64,000 bases of DNA from Spirochaetia bacterium (GCA_965225855.1 CBDDCK010000005.1:1472001-1536000); one strand, 5' to 3'. Counted from the stretch's first letter, positions 39,086 through 49,678 are shown. Notes: generated by a model not told the origin, from the letters alone. Translations and numbers: made by a program.

Positions 39086-40675
39086 ATGCTTGACGATCGA
39101 ATAGTGCGCGTTCGCTATGCGCCCTCTCCTACAGGTTTACAACATATTGGCAGTGTCCGTACGGCTCTGTTTAATTACCTTTTTGCTCGTAGCAGTGGGG
39201 GGCGTTTTATTCTTCGCATTGAAGATACAGATAATATCCGCTCGGAAGAACGCTACATTCAAGATTTATATCAGTCTTTAGAATGGCTGGGCATTCAACC
39301 CGATGAAGGGCCTATAGAAGCTGGTTTTAAAGGAGGGGATTTTGGTCCCTACATGCAATCCCAACGCATAGAGCTTTATCAAAAATATGCCCGCCAATTG
39401 CTGGACGAAGGGAAAGCTTATTACTGTTTTTGCAGTTCTCAACGCTTAGAGCAATTGCGAGAGCAACAGCAACAAACAAAATCCTCATGGCAAGGTTATG
39501 ATCGCCATTGTCGCAATCTCGATCCTGCAGAAGCTACAGCGCGTTTTAATCAAGGGCAACCTTGCGTGCTTCGCTTTGCTATACCTCTTGAGCTTACGGC
39601 TAGGGGAGCTGCACCTGTAACGGTGTTTACTGATTTATCATTGGGGCAAATCGAACGGGCCAATAGCGATATAAATATCGACCCAATAATCCTTAAAGCA
39701 GATGGTTTCCCCACCTATCATTTCGCCAATGTAATTGATGATCATTTAATGCAAATTAGCCATGTATTGAGAGCACAAGAATGGCTATCCTCTAGTCCAC
39801 TGCATATTTTGCTATATCAGGCTTTTGGCTGGGAACCGCCTAAATTTTGCCATTTACCTATGGTTATGGGCAACAATGGTGCTAAACTTTCTAAACGGCA
39901 CGGCTCAACTTCTTTAATAGAATTTCGTAAGGCTGGCTATTTGAGCCATGCTATTATCAATTATGTAGCACTGCTGGGTTGGGCTTTTGACGATAGCCGA
40001 GAGTTTTTTAACTTAGCTGAATTGGAACAATGTTTTGATTTGTCTAAGTTAAGCCGTTCACCGGCTACATTTGACTACCAAAAGTTGGAGTGGTTTAACG
40101 GCCAGTATATCCGTAAATTAGAAGTCCACAAACTGCAGCAACTGCTACACAAGCAAAATATTTGGGCAGGGACTTCCTTTACCAAACCCCAGAATTTTGA
40201 ACAAAGCTTGGAATGGATATTGCCTCTGTTACAAGAGCGACTAAAGTTTCTTAACGATGCACCTAATTTGGCAGCATACTTTTTCAGTCAGCCAGAATAC
40301 TTTAAACCTATACTTGCGGTGCCTAAAAAACACAATATAGAAGAGACTTTAGCACTTTTGCAAAAAGGCCGTATAGTGTTGCAGCAGCTTTGTGCCCAAA
40401 ATGGCAGTAAAGACTGGCATAACTTTGCAAGTTTGCTAAAAGTCAAACAAAATTGGGAGGCTGCTTTTCGTGCAGCAGCGGCCGATGCGAAATTAAAGAT
40501 GGGGCCTTTGATGCAACCCATACGCTATGCTATCACCGGTAATATAGCAGCACCACCGCTACTAGAATCCATGCTAATTATAGAACGATTGGCGGGCGCT
40601 GAGGAATTATTTACTCGGCTTGATACCTTAGCCCAGTTGTTGAGCAATTTGCAAAGTCAATTAGATAAAGATTAG
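39086..40675 (+). CDS. gltX: Glutamate--tRNA ligase
   Basis: RVRYAPSPTGLQHIG, LRIEDTD, PTYHFANVIDDHLM, KLSKRHG. Confidence 0.96.
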   Translation: MLDDRIVRVRYAPSPTGLQHIGSVRTALFNYLFARSSGGRFILRIEDTDNIRSEERYIQDLYQSLEWLGIQPDEGPIEAGFKGGDFGPYMQSQRIELYQKYARQLLDEGKAYYCFCSSQRLEQLREQQQQTKSSWQGYDRHCRNLDPAEATARFNQGQPCVLRFAIPLELTARGAAPVTVFTDLSLGQIERANSDINIDPIILKADGFPTYHFANVIDDHLMQISHVLRAQEWLSSSPLHILLYQAFGWEPPKFCHLPMVMGNNGAKLSKRHGSTSLIEFRKAGYLSHAIINYVALLGWAFDDSREFFNLAELEQCFDLSKLSRSPATFDYQKLEWFNGQYIRKLEVHKLQQLLHKQNIWAGTSFTKPQNFEQSLEWILPLLQERLKFLNDAPNLAAYFFSQPEYFKPILAVPKKHNIEETLALLQKGRIVLQQLCAQNGSKDWHNFASLLKVKQNWEAAFRAAAADAKLKMGPLMQPIRYAITGNIAAPPLLESMLIIERLAGAEELFTRLDTLAQLLSNLQSQLDKD

Positions 40676-40684
40676 CAAAGCCCT

Positions 40685-41758
40685 ATGGAAAAATTAGGTT
40701 TTATCGCAAGGCATTTAGAGTTATTGGAAGAAACAATAATCTATCGCTTTCTTGATCGCGTACAATTTGCGGCACACCCAGAACTATACCAGCCACAAAC
40801 GATGGACATTCAGCTAGCTACTAAGAACGATTTAGGGCTATCTTATCAAGATGATTTTCGGCAACCTGTTCCCTACTATGTCCCAAATGATTCAGCAGAA
40901 TACTCTTCCGAAGAAATATTGCGCCTTAGTCTGCTGGGTTTACGCTTGAGAGCCCATGAGGCAATGGAACAAGAATTTGAACGCTATAACGTGGTAGAGG
41001 AGTTTCCGTTTAGCCCTTTTACCCCACCATTCTCTGCTGCATTTTTGGCCGAAGCTAAGGCCAGAGCTCAAACAACTTCACCAGCTATCTTACAAAAATT
41101 AGGGTTAGCTAAAACTTCATGTAGCTTTGAAGCAGATTTGCCATTGCCCCTAGCTATTATTCGGGAAATTAGCCAATGCAAGTCTATTTTACAGTGCTAT
41201 CTGGCCTTTCTGTACCGCTATTGCCACCAGCCCAAAGGCCGCAACAAAGAACAAATACCAACGCAACAAACCATGCAGATAGCGTTACACGCATATAAAG
41301 AACACTATGATTATGGTTCTGCTCTCGAGCACGATGTAATGGCATTGCAGGCTATATCGCGGAGAGTGCACTACGGTGCTATTTATGTTGCAGAGAGCAA
41401 ATTCAACTCTCAAGAGAAGCTACTTAGACCCTTGATCAAACAATGGCAAGAATCTTGTAATAACTCAAATTATAAGTATGGAGAATATCTAATCAATAAT
41501 AAGGACGAAGCAATCGAATATCAGGAGCGTATCTTAGATTTAATTATTCGCCCAGAAATAGAGAAAAATATCTTACAGAGAGTTTATGATAAGACTCTTA
41601 CTATTCAATTAGGTAGTCAAGGCCAAGCAGAAACAAATAATAATATTACTTTGCATCGTTTTTATCTACAACCCGATGCCCTTCGTGATTTTTATGCCAA
41701 CTGTGTTATTCCGCTAACCAAGCAGGGTGAGCTTGCTTATCTATATCGCCGTGTATAA
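40685..41758 (+). CDS. Chorismate mutase, eukaryote (ARO7/plant) type
   Basis: LELLEETIIYRFLDRVQF, EEFPF, YGSALEHDVMALQAISRRVHYG..VAESKF, VIPLTKQGELAYLYRR parallel yeast ARO7 motifs. Confidence 0.8.
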   Translation: MEKLGFIARHLELLEETIIYRFLDRVQFAAHPELYQPQTMDIQLATKNDLGLSYQDDFRQPVPYYVPNDSAEYSSEEILRLSLLGLRLRAHEAMEQEFERYNVVEEFPFSPFTPPFSAAFLAEAKARAQTTSPAILQKLGLAKTSCSFEADLPLPLAIIREISQCKSILQCYLAFLYRYCHQPKGRNKEQIPTQQTMQIALHAYKEHYDYGSALEHDVMALQAISRRVHYGAIYVAESKFNSQEKLLRPLIKQWQESCNNSNYKYGEYLINNKDEAIEYQERILDLIIRPEIEKNILQRVYDKTLTIQLGSQGQAETNNNITLHRFYLQPDALRDFYANCVIPLTKQGELAYLYRRV

Positions 41759-42962
41759 AAGCTTGTGGCAGTGGCAAGCAGAAAAATTATTGAACAAGTT
41801 ATATAAACCTGTTCAGGACTGGTTTGCCCAACACGGTAAAAAGTATCCTTGGAGTATTAGTTCTGTAAAATTAAAACATTCAAATAATAAACTTAATGGC
41901 ATAAGATCGCATGCTATAATCGATAGCAGACCCTATAGCCAATCAGTTGTAATTGATGATTTTCGCGATGAGAATGTGCATATGCTGCCGAGTAGTTATG
42001 CTGTATGGGTCTCGGAAGTAATGTTGCAGCAGACGCGCGTGGAGACTGTGATACCATATTATAACGCTTGGTTGCAGCGATGGCCTTCATTGAGCCAGCT
42101 AGCTACCTCCGCAGAAGAACAAGTTTTAAAGCAATGGGAGGGTTTAGGGTACTACAATCGCGCACTCAATATGCGCAAGTGTGCGCAAAAATGCGTGAAT
42201 GAACAAGGGCGCACAGAGCTACCAATAAGTAGTATTGAGCTGCGAAAGCTACCTGGGATAGGTGAATATATTGCTGCTGCGATAGCCAGTATCAGTAGTA
42301 ATGAAGCGGTATTAGCTTTGGATACCAATGTTAAACGGATTTTTAGCCGACTCTACCAAGAACAACCTAGCTCTGCCACTATAAAGGCTTGGCAAAGGCA
42401 GCATCAGCAGGCGTTGCAGCTTTGTCTTTGGTGTGGTAACGCCAATGTTGCATTGATCCAACTGGGGCAGCAATTATGCAAAGCAAGCAAACCCTTGTGT
42501 GTTGTCTGCCCGTTACAACCCATTTGTCCAGCAGCAACCCAAACGGGCAAAGGCAATTGGGACGTATTCCCTAGCCCGAAAACTTACCAAAAACACAAGT
42601 GCAGCAGCCAGCGATTATTGTTGTGCGCTGAAGGTAAATATTTATTGCTGCGCAAACGCAGCGGCCATTTATGCCATTTATGGCGTCTTCCCGAAGCACA
42701 GCAATTGGGGCTATCTGATTCCAAATTATTCCATCATACATATCTTGGGTGTTTTCATCATGCCTATTTACAAACCCAAGAACAAATAAAAGTATGGGCC
42801 TACAATACTATTAGTTTCTGCTATGAATGGGAGGTTATTCTAAACCAACAAGCCCACCAGTTTGAATGGTTATGGACGGAAGACTTTTCCGCATTGACTT
42901 TGGCAGGCCCCTATCGTAAATTTTTAGCAAGAACGGCCATTCAAACTAGATTAGTTCGATAA
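41727..42962 (+). CDS. mutY: A/G-specific adenine glycosylase MutY
   Basis: WVSEVMLQQTRV, WEGLGYYNRA, LPGIGEY, C-x6-C-x2-C-x5-C FeS motif; exact start uncertain. Confidence 0.92.
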   Translation: MSLLIYIAVYKSLWQWQAEKLLNKLYKPVQDWFAQHGKKYPWSISSVKLKHSNNKLNGIRSHAIIDSRPYSQSVVIDDFRDENVHMLPSSYAVWVSEVMLQQTRVETVIPYYNAWLQRWPSLSQLATSAEEQVLKQWEGLGYYNRALNMRKCAQKCVNEQGRTELPISSIELRKLPGIGEYIAAAIASISSNEAVLALDTNVKRIFSRLYQEQPSSATIKAWQRQHQQALQLCLWCGNANVALIQLGQQLCKASKPLCVVCPLQPICPAATQTGKGNWDVFPSPKTYQKHKCSSQRLLLCAEGKYLLLRKRSGHLCHLWRLPEAQQLGLSDSKLFHHTYLGCFHHAYLQTQEQIKVWAYNTISFCYEWEVILNQQAHQFEWLWTEDFSALTLAGPYRKFLARTAIQTRLVR

Positions 42963-43420
42963 GAACATATAATAAAAGACTATCTGTATTAAAGTAAGTA
43001 CCTAACTAGAATCTATAATTGTCAAATCTTAGGTAAGATTAGTTAAAATCGAGATACAGATTTTATTTAAATTTGATATAAATTCTTACTTTTTTGTTGT
43101 ATCTAAAAACAATCCTTTAACATAAATCAAAATTTTCATCTTAGCCCGTCAATTGATTATATTTTTAGCCAAATATCAAAAAATTTATTTTCTTTATTTT
43201 TTGTGAATCTTGCAAAAAATAGAATCGATGGTATTTAAAATTTGGCTTCTAGAAAATTTGTGTTTTGCAATATTTTTTCATTGTCCAGAATGAAGTTAGA
43301 TGGTAATTTTACCGTCTATTTTTTGTTCAGATATTTTATTCTTTATTTATAATAAGCGATTCTTCAATCGTTAGGAAAACAGAAATTAGAATAAAAAAAT
43401 TGGGTAAACTGTGTTTTTTT

Positions 43421-43490
43421 TAAAGAAAATGTTATATTACCCGAATCTTTGTTAGAGCACGGATGCTCCTAACCAATTCCACGGAGGATG
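43421..43490 (+). promoter_or_regulatory. Sigma28 promoter and CsrA-binding leader of flaB
   Basis: TAAA-N15-CCCGAATC. Hairpin GTTAG-AGCA-CGGA-TGCT-C-CTAAC, and a second ACGGA overlapping the RBS GGAGG. Confidence 0.7.
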
Positions 43491-43495
43491 ATACT

Positions 43496-44347
43496 ATGAT
43501 TATCAATCACAATCTGTCTGCGATGAATTCACAACGTCGCAACAATCTGGCCGATATTGCTACCGGCAAAACTATGGGCAAACTATCTTCAGGTCTGCGC
43601 ATCAATCAAGCTAGTGATGATGCTGCTGGTCTAGCTATTTCTGAGAAAATGCGTTCTCAAGTTAATGGTTTGAATCAGGCTTCTAGTAATGCCCTTCATG
43701 CTATTTCTTTTATTCAAACAACTGAAGGTTACTTAAGTGAAACAACCTCTATTTTGCAGCGTCTACGCCAATTGTCCGTACAATCTGCCAACGGTATTAA
43801 TACACAAGAAGATCGCAGGCAAATACAAGTTGAGGTGTCTCAGTTAGTAGATGAAGTCGATCGTATCGCTAGCCAAGCTCAATTCAACACAATGAATATG
43901 CTCACAGGTGATTATTCTGCAGATCAATCTGCTACAAATTCTATGTGGGTTCATGTCGGTGCCAATGCTGATCAGCGTGAGCGTTTGAATATTGCTACTA
44001 TGACAGCAACCGCTTTGGGTATTCGCGATGCAGGTAATCAAAATTCAATTTCTTTAGAATCTTTGGATTCTGCGAATAATGTAATTGCCACTCTCGACAA
44101 AGCATTGGAAAAAGTTAGTGCACAGCGTGCTGATTTGGGTGCTTATCAAAATCGTTTTGAAATGGCTATTGAAGGTCTTGATATAGCTGCTGAAAATTTA
44201 CAAGCTGCTGAATCTCGTATTCGCGATTTGGATATGGCTCGTGAAACAGTTAAATTTACTCGTGATCAAATCCTAAGTCAGTCCAGTATGGCAATGTTAG
44301 CTCAAGCAAATCAGCGTCCGCAGCTAGTGTTACAACTCCTTCAGTAA
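43496..44347 (+). CDS. flaB: Flagellin (periplasmic filament core protein FlaB)
   Basis: [53 protein letters not shown]. Confidence 0.96.
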   Translation: MIINHNLSAMNSQRRNNLADIATGKTMGKLSSGLRINQASDDAAGLAISEKMRSQVNGLNQASSNALHAISFIQTTEGYLSETTSILQRLRQLSVQSANGINTQEDRRQIQVEVSQLVDEVDRIASQAQFNTMNMLTGDYSADQSATNSMWVHVGANADQRERLNIATMTATALGIRDAGNQNSISLESLDSANNVIATLDKALEKVSAQRADLGAYQNRFEMAIEGLDIAAENLQAAESRIRDLDMARETVKFTRDQILSQSSMAMLAQANQRPQLVLQLLQ

Positions 44348-44387
44348 GAATTTCTTAACTTATAGTTAGAAGTTTTAGTTTATAGGC

Positions 44388-44441
44388 GCGTAATTACCGA
44401 AAAGATATTAAATAATTTTTTGTTCGGTAATTACGTATTTT
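44388..44441 (+). terminator. Stem-loop after flaB
   Basis: CGTAATTACCGAA ... TTCGGTAATTACG followed by a T-run. Confidence 0.65.
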
Positions 44442-44442
44442 T

Positions 44443-44904
44443 ATGGGTGTGTCTTACGATATTGGTCGAAAAGGTGAGGATATATCCTTAAAATATTTTT
44501 GTAATTTAGGGTATTATTTACTGAAGCGTAACTTTCGGGTTCAATCTTCTAATCCTTTAAGTGAGATTGACTTAATATTCTTAGATATGAAAGGGACAGC
44601 CCCTGTTGATCGTAACGATATTTTTCCACTGATAGGCATTGAAGAGCCTGATCTTTTATATGATTTTGTTGTAAAGCAATCCTCTTGTCTGGAAATCATA
44701 TTTGTAGAAGTAAAATATTGGAAGGCGTATCCTATATCTGATTTATGTTATAATCTCAGTCCTGCTCGACAGCAGAGAATGTTTAATACAGCCGACTGTT
44801 TTTTGCAGGAAAATCCTATATATAGCCATTGTCCTAGGCGTTTTGACCTAGCCATTGTACAAAATGATAATAATATAAAGCATATTAAAGCAGCCTTTCC
44901 GTAA
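44443..44904 (+). CDS. YraN family (UPF0102) nuclease-like protein
   Basis: GRKGED, RNFR, EIDLI, IFVEVK, RFDL. Confidence 0.85.
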   Translation: MGVSYDIGRKGEDISLKYFCNLGYYLLKRNFRVQSSNPLSEIDLIFLDMKGTAPVDRNDIFPLIGIEEPDLLYDFVVKQSSCLEIIFVEVKYWKAYPISDLCYNLSPARQQRMFNTADCFLQENPIYSHCPRRFDLAIVQNDNNIKHIKAAFP

Positions 44905-44921
44905 AAATTCGGAGTTTTATA

Positions 44922-45062
44922 GTGAAAATTGCAAAGAAAATTGATCTAAGGCGAATTGAAAAACTTCGAAAAGAGATTTATAAACCAGAATATCAAAAGC
45001 AAGCTATCCAAATGATTGCGTTAAACTTAACAGATGCGCTTGCTCGCAAAGATAGTGAGTAA
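44922..45062 (+). CDS. Small 46-aa protein (MKIAKKIDLRRIEKLRKEIYKPEYQKQAIQMIALNLTDALARKDSE)
   Basis: GGAG RBS plus GTG start; amphipathic helical pattern; below the ORF-track cutoff. Confidence 0.55.
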   Translation: MKIAKKIDLRRIEKLRKEIYKPEYQKQAIQMIALNLTDALARKDSE

Positions 45063-45096
45063 GGCTTAAAAGTCCTAATCCCCTGACTATCTAATA

Positions 45097-46035
45097 TTAA
45101 AGTGCTAAAAGTCTATCTAGTCCTAGTGCTGCACCGCTAGTATTAGGCAAGTCTTGCCATAAATTTAGTGCAGCTAAATCATAACGTGGGTAAATACAAT
45201 CGCTGGATTTCTTTAGATTTGCTATAAAACGAGTTCGATATCGATTCAAATATTGTATTCTATTCTCCTCACCACAAGCATTCGCCAATTCCAAACCGTT
45301 TAAATACAATTCCCAGCGGTCAACCCAGCCTTCCTCTAGGTATTTAGCCGGCAATGGCGTTATATCTGGATAAGGATAGAGTGCGCAATATGGCAGTTCC
45401 TTAGCCATATACGGTTCAAGAAAATCAACCAGAAATAAATGAAATAAATCATCTAAATTTAATTTTGGGGATCGTGTTCCTGCCACTTCACTATATAATT
45501 GCTGTAAACCTTCTAAACCTAGTTCCCAATAGCAATTAAATTCTAAACCCAAAGCACGTTTACACAGTTGCTCAAAACTCAATACTATTGGTTGGGTCCC
45601 CAGAATAATTTTCAGTGTATGAGACGGCTTTAATTTTTGAGCGATGTTTTGTAATAATTCATCTAACAAGCTCAATAATTCCATTGTGGTATAATCAAGG
45701 CCATAAAACTCCAACATGAGAAATTCCCAAAAATGGATAGAATCTTGCTCATCTTCTTGACGGAAGCAATGAGCTAATTGGTAAATAGAGCGGGCTCTAC
45801 TCTCCGAATCCCATCGACATAACAGCTCTTTCATGGCTAATTCTGGAGATGGTAGTAAATAGCGATCGCAATAAGGTAGATGAAAACTATGCACATGTAA
45901 TTCTGGCACAAGAGCAGATTGCATTATCCCTGTATCTACTTCAATAAAATCTTTTCTATTAAAAAAAGAGCGAATAAGTTGTAGAATTTCTGCTTTTTGC
46001 AAAATTTTATGTTCCAATCTCAATTCAGAAGACAT
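45097..46035 (-). CDS. epmA: EF-P lysine aminoacylase EpmA/GenX (class II aaRS paralog)
   Basis: YLLPSPELAMKELL, YQLAHCFR.E, EFLMLEFY, RWELYLNGLELAN, SGAALGLDRL; no anticodon domain. Confidence 0.88.
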   Translation of the reverse strand: MSSELRLEHKILQKAEILQLIRSFFNRKDFIEVDTGIMQSALVPELHVHSFHLPYCDRYLLPSPELAMKELLCRWDSESRARSIYQLAHCFRQEDEQDSIHFWEFLMLEFYGLDYTTMELLSLLDELLQNIAQKLKPSHTLKIILGTQPIVLSFEQLCKRALGLEFNCYWELGLEGLQQLYSEVAGTRSPKLNLDDLFHLFLVDFLEPYMAKELPYCALYPYPDITPLPAKYLEEGWVDRWELYLNGLELANACGEENRIQYLNRYRTRFIANLKKSSDCIYPRYDLAALNLWQDLPNTSGAALGLDRLLAL

Positions 46036-46039
46036 GGTG

Positions 46040-46447
46040 TTAGATACGATAGATAACTAAACTAATAGCAATAACAGATGCATAGGCAAACATTAAAATA
46101 GAAGAAAATTCTAAAGGAAAGGCGGCAAGAGGTGCTAAAACCGTATCGAGAAAACGCAATATAACCGTATCCAAAAACATGCCGGGCACACAGAGACTAA
46201 TGGAAGCGACCGGCGCTTGGCTTGGCAATGTTCTCGTTAGCCTTAGGCACAGCAAAAATAAACTAGTCATCACTACGAAAATAATGAACAGTAGCGCGAT
46301 AAATAAAAAACCGCTGCCAAACAAGTTTAGCATTGCTGCCCCACCAAAATATGAAGCCACCGTAAATAAAATAAAAAACACAATACCAATAAGGCAAAAT
46401 CGACTGACTATACTGCGAAAATCTTGATTAAACTGGCGTTGTTGCAT
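46040..46447 (-). CDS. Small membrane protein (about 4 TM)
   Basis: Hydrophobic 135-aa ORF with a VPGMFLD motif. Confidence 0.65.
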   Translation of the reverse strand: MQQRQFNQDFRSIVSRFCLIGIVFFILFTVASYFGGAAMLNLFGSGFLFIALLFIIFVVMTSLFLLCLRLTRTLPSQAPVASISLCVPGMFLDTVILRFLDTVLAPLAAFPLEFSSILMFAYASVIAISLVIYRI

Positions 46448-46505
46448 GAATAAGTACTTCCATCAAAAAATCTAGCGTTACTCTATGTAAGCCATCACCA
46501 TGGCA

Positions 46506-47381
46506 TCAGCTTTGATTGACTATAATAAAAGGTAAGAAATAATAATACAAGGGGGCAACGAATAACAAAGAGTCAATTGAATCTAAAATACCACCGCGGC
46601 CTCGAATGAGTACACCCGAATCTTTGACACCAGCAGCACGTTTGATTAAAGATTCTACCAAATCGCCTAAAATAACGCAGCAGCCGATAGCTAGAGCAAG
46701 AACTGGTAAATACCAAGAAAGCTGAAAAATATCGGGCCAAACTAGCGCAAAAAGTACAAAGGTCAAGATACTGGCAAGTATTCCTCCTAAAAAGCCTTGC
46801 AAGCTTTTATTTGGGCTTACATCAATTAATCCTTTATTTTTGCCAAATAATATGCCAAAAAACCAAGCTAAAGAATCATTGGCTTGAACGCAAACTACAT
46901 ATAATAAAGCTAATAAGGGACCTGAAGAATAAGCCGTTAAAGATACGGCATAGGTCCCCAAGAAGCTGGGATAAAACAAAATAATCAAATAACCAATGCC
47001 TATAAATAAACGCTCTTTCATACTCCATTTTTTGATAAAAATAGGCAAAGCTAAAGATGCTAAGGCCACAATCACAATCAAGCTAGACAGAGCTCTGTAT
47101 TTATCGGCAATGGGAAAAATAATTTCAAAATAGCGTATGGCAGGTAATGAAGCCCCCATCATTGTTGCTGGCAATAATTTTACTTGAAAACCAAGTACGT
47201 TTAGAAGTTTCGCCATTTCTTTGGCTGCTAAGCTGATAAAGACAACGACAACCAAATTAAATGGTAATTGTTGGTAAAATGGCAGCATAATAATCGTAAT
47301 GAGTAGAGGCACTGCAATCACAAACAACAATAAGCGTTGCCCTATATTCTGGCACTTACTTTTGTCCAGTAAACCTTGCAT
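46506..47381 (-). CDS. cdsA: Phosphatidate cytidylyltransferase
   Basis: NDSLAWFFG, SPNKSLQG, GDLVESLIKRAAGVKDSG..I.GRGGILDSIDS. Confidence 0.95.
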   Translation of the reverse strand: MQGLLDKSKCQNIGQRLLLFVIAVPLLITIIMLPFYQQLPFNLVVVVFISLAAKEMAKLLNVLGFQVKLLPATMMGASLPAIRYFEIIFPIADKYRALSSLIVIVALASLALPIFIKKWSMKERLFIGIGYLIILFYPSFLGTYAVSLTAYSSGPLLALLYVVCVQANDSLAWFFGILFGKNKGLIDVSPNKSLQGFLGGILASILTFVLFALVWPDIFQLSWYLPVLALAIGCCVILGDLVESLIKRAAGVKDSGVLIRGRGGILDSIDSLLFVAPLYYYFLPFIIVNQS

Positions 47382-47475
47382 TTAAAACCTCTTCTTTACC
47401 TTAAATTCAATTTTTACCAAAAATCTTCAAACAAAAACAGTCTAGTGAAAATGCCTATAATAACAGTGATCAAGT

Positions 47476-48186
47476 TTATTCTTCAGTAGAAATAATTGCG
47501 CCAAAACGGCGTTCTCGCTTGACAAAATTTTTTAAGGCCGCTTCAAATTCTTGTGCGGTCCAATCGGGCCACAGCGTATCGGTAAAATATAGCTCGGCAT
47601 AGGCAGAAGCCCATAGTAAAAAGTTACTGATGCGCTGCTCGCCTCCTGTACGGATCAGTAAATCCAAAGGAGGCAATTCCCCTCCGTGGTAAAGATTTTG
47701 TTTTAAGGTTTCCAGTGTAACAATCTCTCCTGCCTGTCTCAATTTTTCGGCAGCATATACTACTTCATTTTGACCACCGTAATTAATTAAAAGATTTATC
47801 GTGAGCCCATCACCAAAATCTTTCGTTTGTTCTACCACATAAAGAATTTCATCTTGCACTAGCTGCGGTAACTCTTCTAAAACTCCCGAATGCCAAACAC
47901 GAATTCTGTTGTCAATATAAAACTTTAATTCATTGCGTAAATGTTTTTGCAAAAGGCCCATAAGATACTCAATTTCTCTTGAGGGACGCTTCCAATTTTC
48001 GTGGGAAAATACATACAAAGACAAAAAAGGTAGTTTTAATTCCGATGCTCGCCGCACAATATTTTTGCTAACTGTAACCCCTTCACTGTGGCCAAAAATC
48101 CGGGCCTTACCACGATGCTTAGCCCAACGGCCATTGCCATCCATAATAATCCCAACATGCTGTAACGCAATCATCTTAATTTCCAT
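47476..48186 (-). CDS. uppS: Undecaprenyl diphosphate synthase
   Basis: HVGIIMDGNGRWA, FSHENWKR, LLIRTGGEQRISNFLLW, RRFG. Confidence 0.96.
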   Translation of the reverse strand: MEIKMIALQHVGIIMDGNGRWAKHRGKARIFGHSEGVTVSKNIVRRASELKLPFLSLYVFSHENWKRPSREIEYLMGLLQKHLRNELKFYIDNRIRVWHSGVLEELPQLVQDEILYVVEQTKDFGDGLTINLLINYGGQNEVVYAAEKLRQAGEIVTLETLKQNLYHGGELPPLDLLIRTGGEQRISNFLLWASAYAELYFTDTLWPDWTAQEFEAALKNFVKRERRFGAIISTEE

Positions 48187-48195
48187 TCATCAGAA

Positions 48196-48741
48196 TTATA
48201 TTTCTAAAATTTCTTTCTCTTTCTGTTTTAGAATATAATCGACTTTTTTTACCATTTTGTCGGTAAAATGTTGAATTTCTGTCATTTCATGCTTTTGTGT
48301 ATCTTCGCCAAGTTCTTTATTACTTTTAGTATGATCATTCATTTCTCGGCGAATATTTCGCAATGAAACACGGGCTTTTTCGGCTATCGTTTTTGCTTGT
48401 TTCACTAATTCTTTGCGCCGCTCTTGTGTTAGGGCTGGAATTTGCAACCGAATATTTTTGCCGTCATTGTTGGGTACTAGCTCCAAATTTGCCACCTGAA
48501 TAGCACGTTCAACATCTTTTAAAAGGTTGCGGTCAAAAGGCGCAATCAAAATTTCACGAGCTTCCGGAATACTAATATTGGCAACTTGCTTCAATGGGGT
48601 AGGGGTACCATAGTAATCGACCATAACTTTATCGAGTAACTGTGGAGTAGCCCTGCCCGTACGCAAACAAGCATAATCATGTTCTAAACTGGTGATTACT
48701 TTCTTCATTTTTTCAGACATTTCATTGTCAAACAAACCCAT
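48196..48741 (-). CDS. frr: Ribosome recycling factor
   Basis: LRTGRA, VDYYGTPTPL, LTQERRKEL, RVSLRNIRR. Confidence 0.96.
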   Translation of the reverse strand: MGLFDNEMSEKMKKVITSLEHDYACLRTGRATPQLLDKVMVDYYGTPTPLKQVANISIPEAREILIAPFDRNLLKDVERAIQVANLELVPNNDGKNIRLQIPALTQERRKELVKQAKTIAEKARVSLRNIRREMNDHTKSNKELGEDTQKHEMTEIQHFTDKMVKKVDYILKQKEKEILEI

Positions 48742-48835
48742 AAAATACCCCTAATGTATACAATAATATTTTTTAGAATTGAAAGTTAAGTAGACAAGAC
48801 TTAACCATTGCCTCCTGAAAATGTAGCGCAAAGAA

Positions 48836-49678
48836 TTAAGCTTCAGCACCCACTTTTAAAATTTTATAACCTTTTAACGTTACCGCTGTCCCATTCTCTT
48901 TGGAAAAATTTTGCAACACTTTTGTAACACTACTTTTCGGTTCTTTGACAAAACCTTGCTCTGCAAAGCAGCATTCAGCCAACCATTTTTTCATTTGGCC
49001 TTTCAAATATCCCTCACGAGCTTTTTCTGGAATATTTTCCTTCTCAGCGCGCTCGCGAAAAATTTCTTCTTGTTCTGCTATTTCTTGCTGGTCGACTTCA
49101 GAAGAATTTAAGAAAGTAGGTTGATAGGCTGCTGCATGCATAGCAAGGTCGCGCCCCAGTTGATGCAATTGAAGCGCATCATAAGTATTGCTAGCTTCGC
49201 AATGCAACACCACAGCCGTACCAATCGAACCATTGTTATGTGAATAACTGACAACTGTATCTCCTGCTGTAACGGCAATATTGGCAATGCTGCCGATATT
49301 CAAATTTTCATTTAACGTGAGAACCGCTTCTTGTACTTTGGTTGTCAAAGTTTCGTTGGTCGTATGTAGATTCTCTTGCAAAACCTGCTGCGCAACAGCT
49401 TCGCCTAACTTGCGAAATTCTTCATTCATGGCGACAAAATCCGTTTCACAACGAATTTCCACCATTACCAGACGTTCTTCGTTTTGGGCAAAAAAGACCG
49501 AACCTTCAGAAGTTTGGCGATCACTGCGTTTGGCCACACTGGCAAGCCCCTGCTTTTTTAAAATTTTTTCAGCTTCTGTAAAATCACCGGCCGCTGCGAT
49601 GAGCGCATTTTTACAATCCAACATACCCGCGCCGGTTTTATCGCGCAGCTGTTTGACATCTTGTGGACGAACACTCAT
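48836..49678 (-). CDS. tsf: Elongation factor Ts
   Basis: VKQLRDKTGAGMLDCK, CETDFVA, LAMHAAA. Confidence 0.96.
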   Translation of the reverse strand: MSVRPQDVKQLRDKTGAGMLDCKNALIAAAGDFTEAEKILKKQGLASVAKRSDRQTSEGSVFFAQNEERLVMVEIRCETDFVAMNEEFRKLGEAVAQQVLQENLHTTNETLTTKVQEAVLTLNENLNIGSIANIAVTAGDTVVSYSHNNGSIGTAVVLHCEASNTYDALQLHQLGRDLAMHAAAYQPTFLNSSEVDQQEIAEQEEIFRERAEKENIPEKAREGYLKGQMKKWLAECCFAEQGFVKEPKSSVTKVLQNFSKENGTAVTLKGYKILKVGAEA

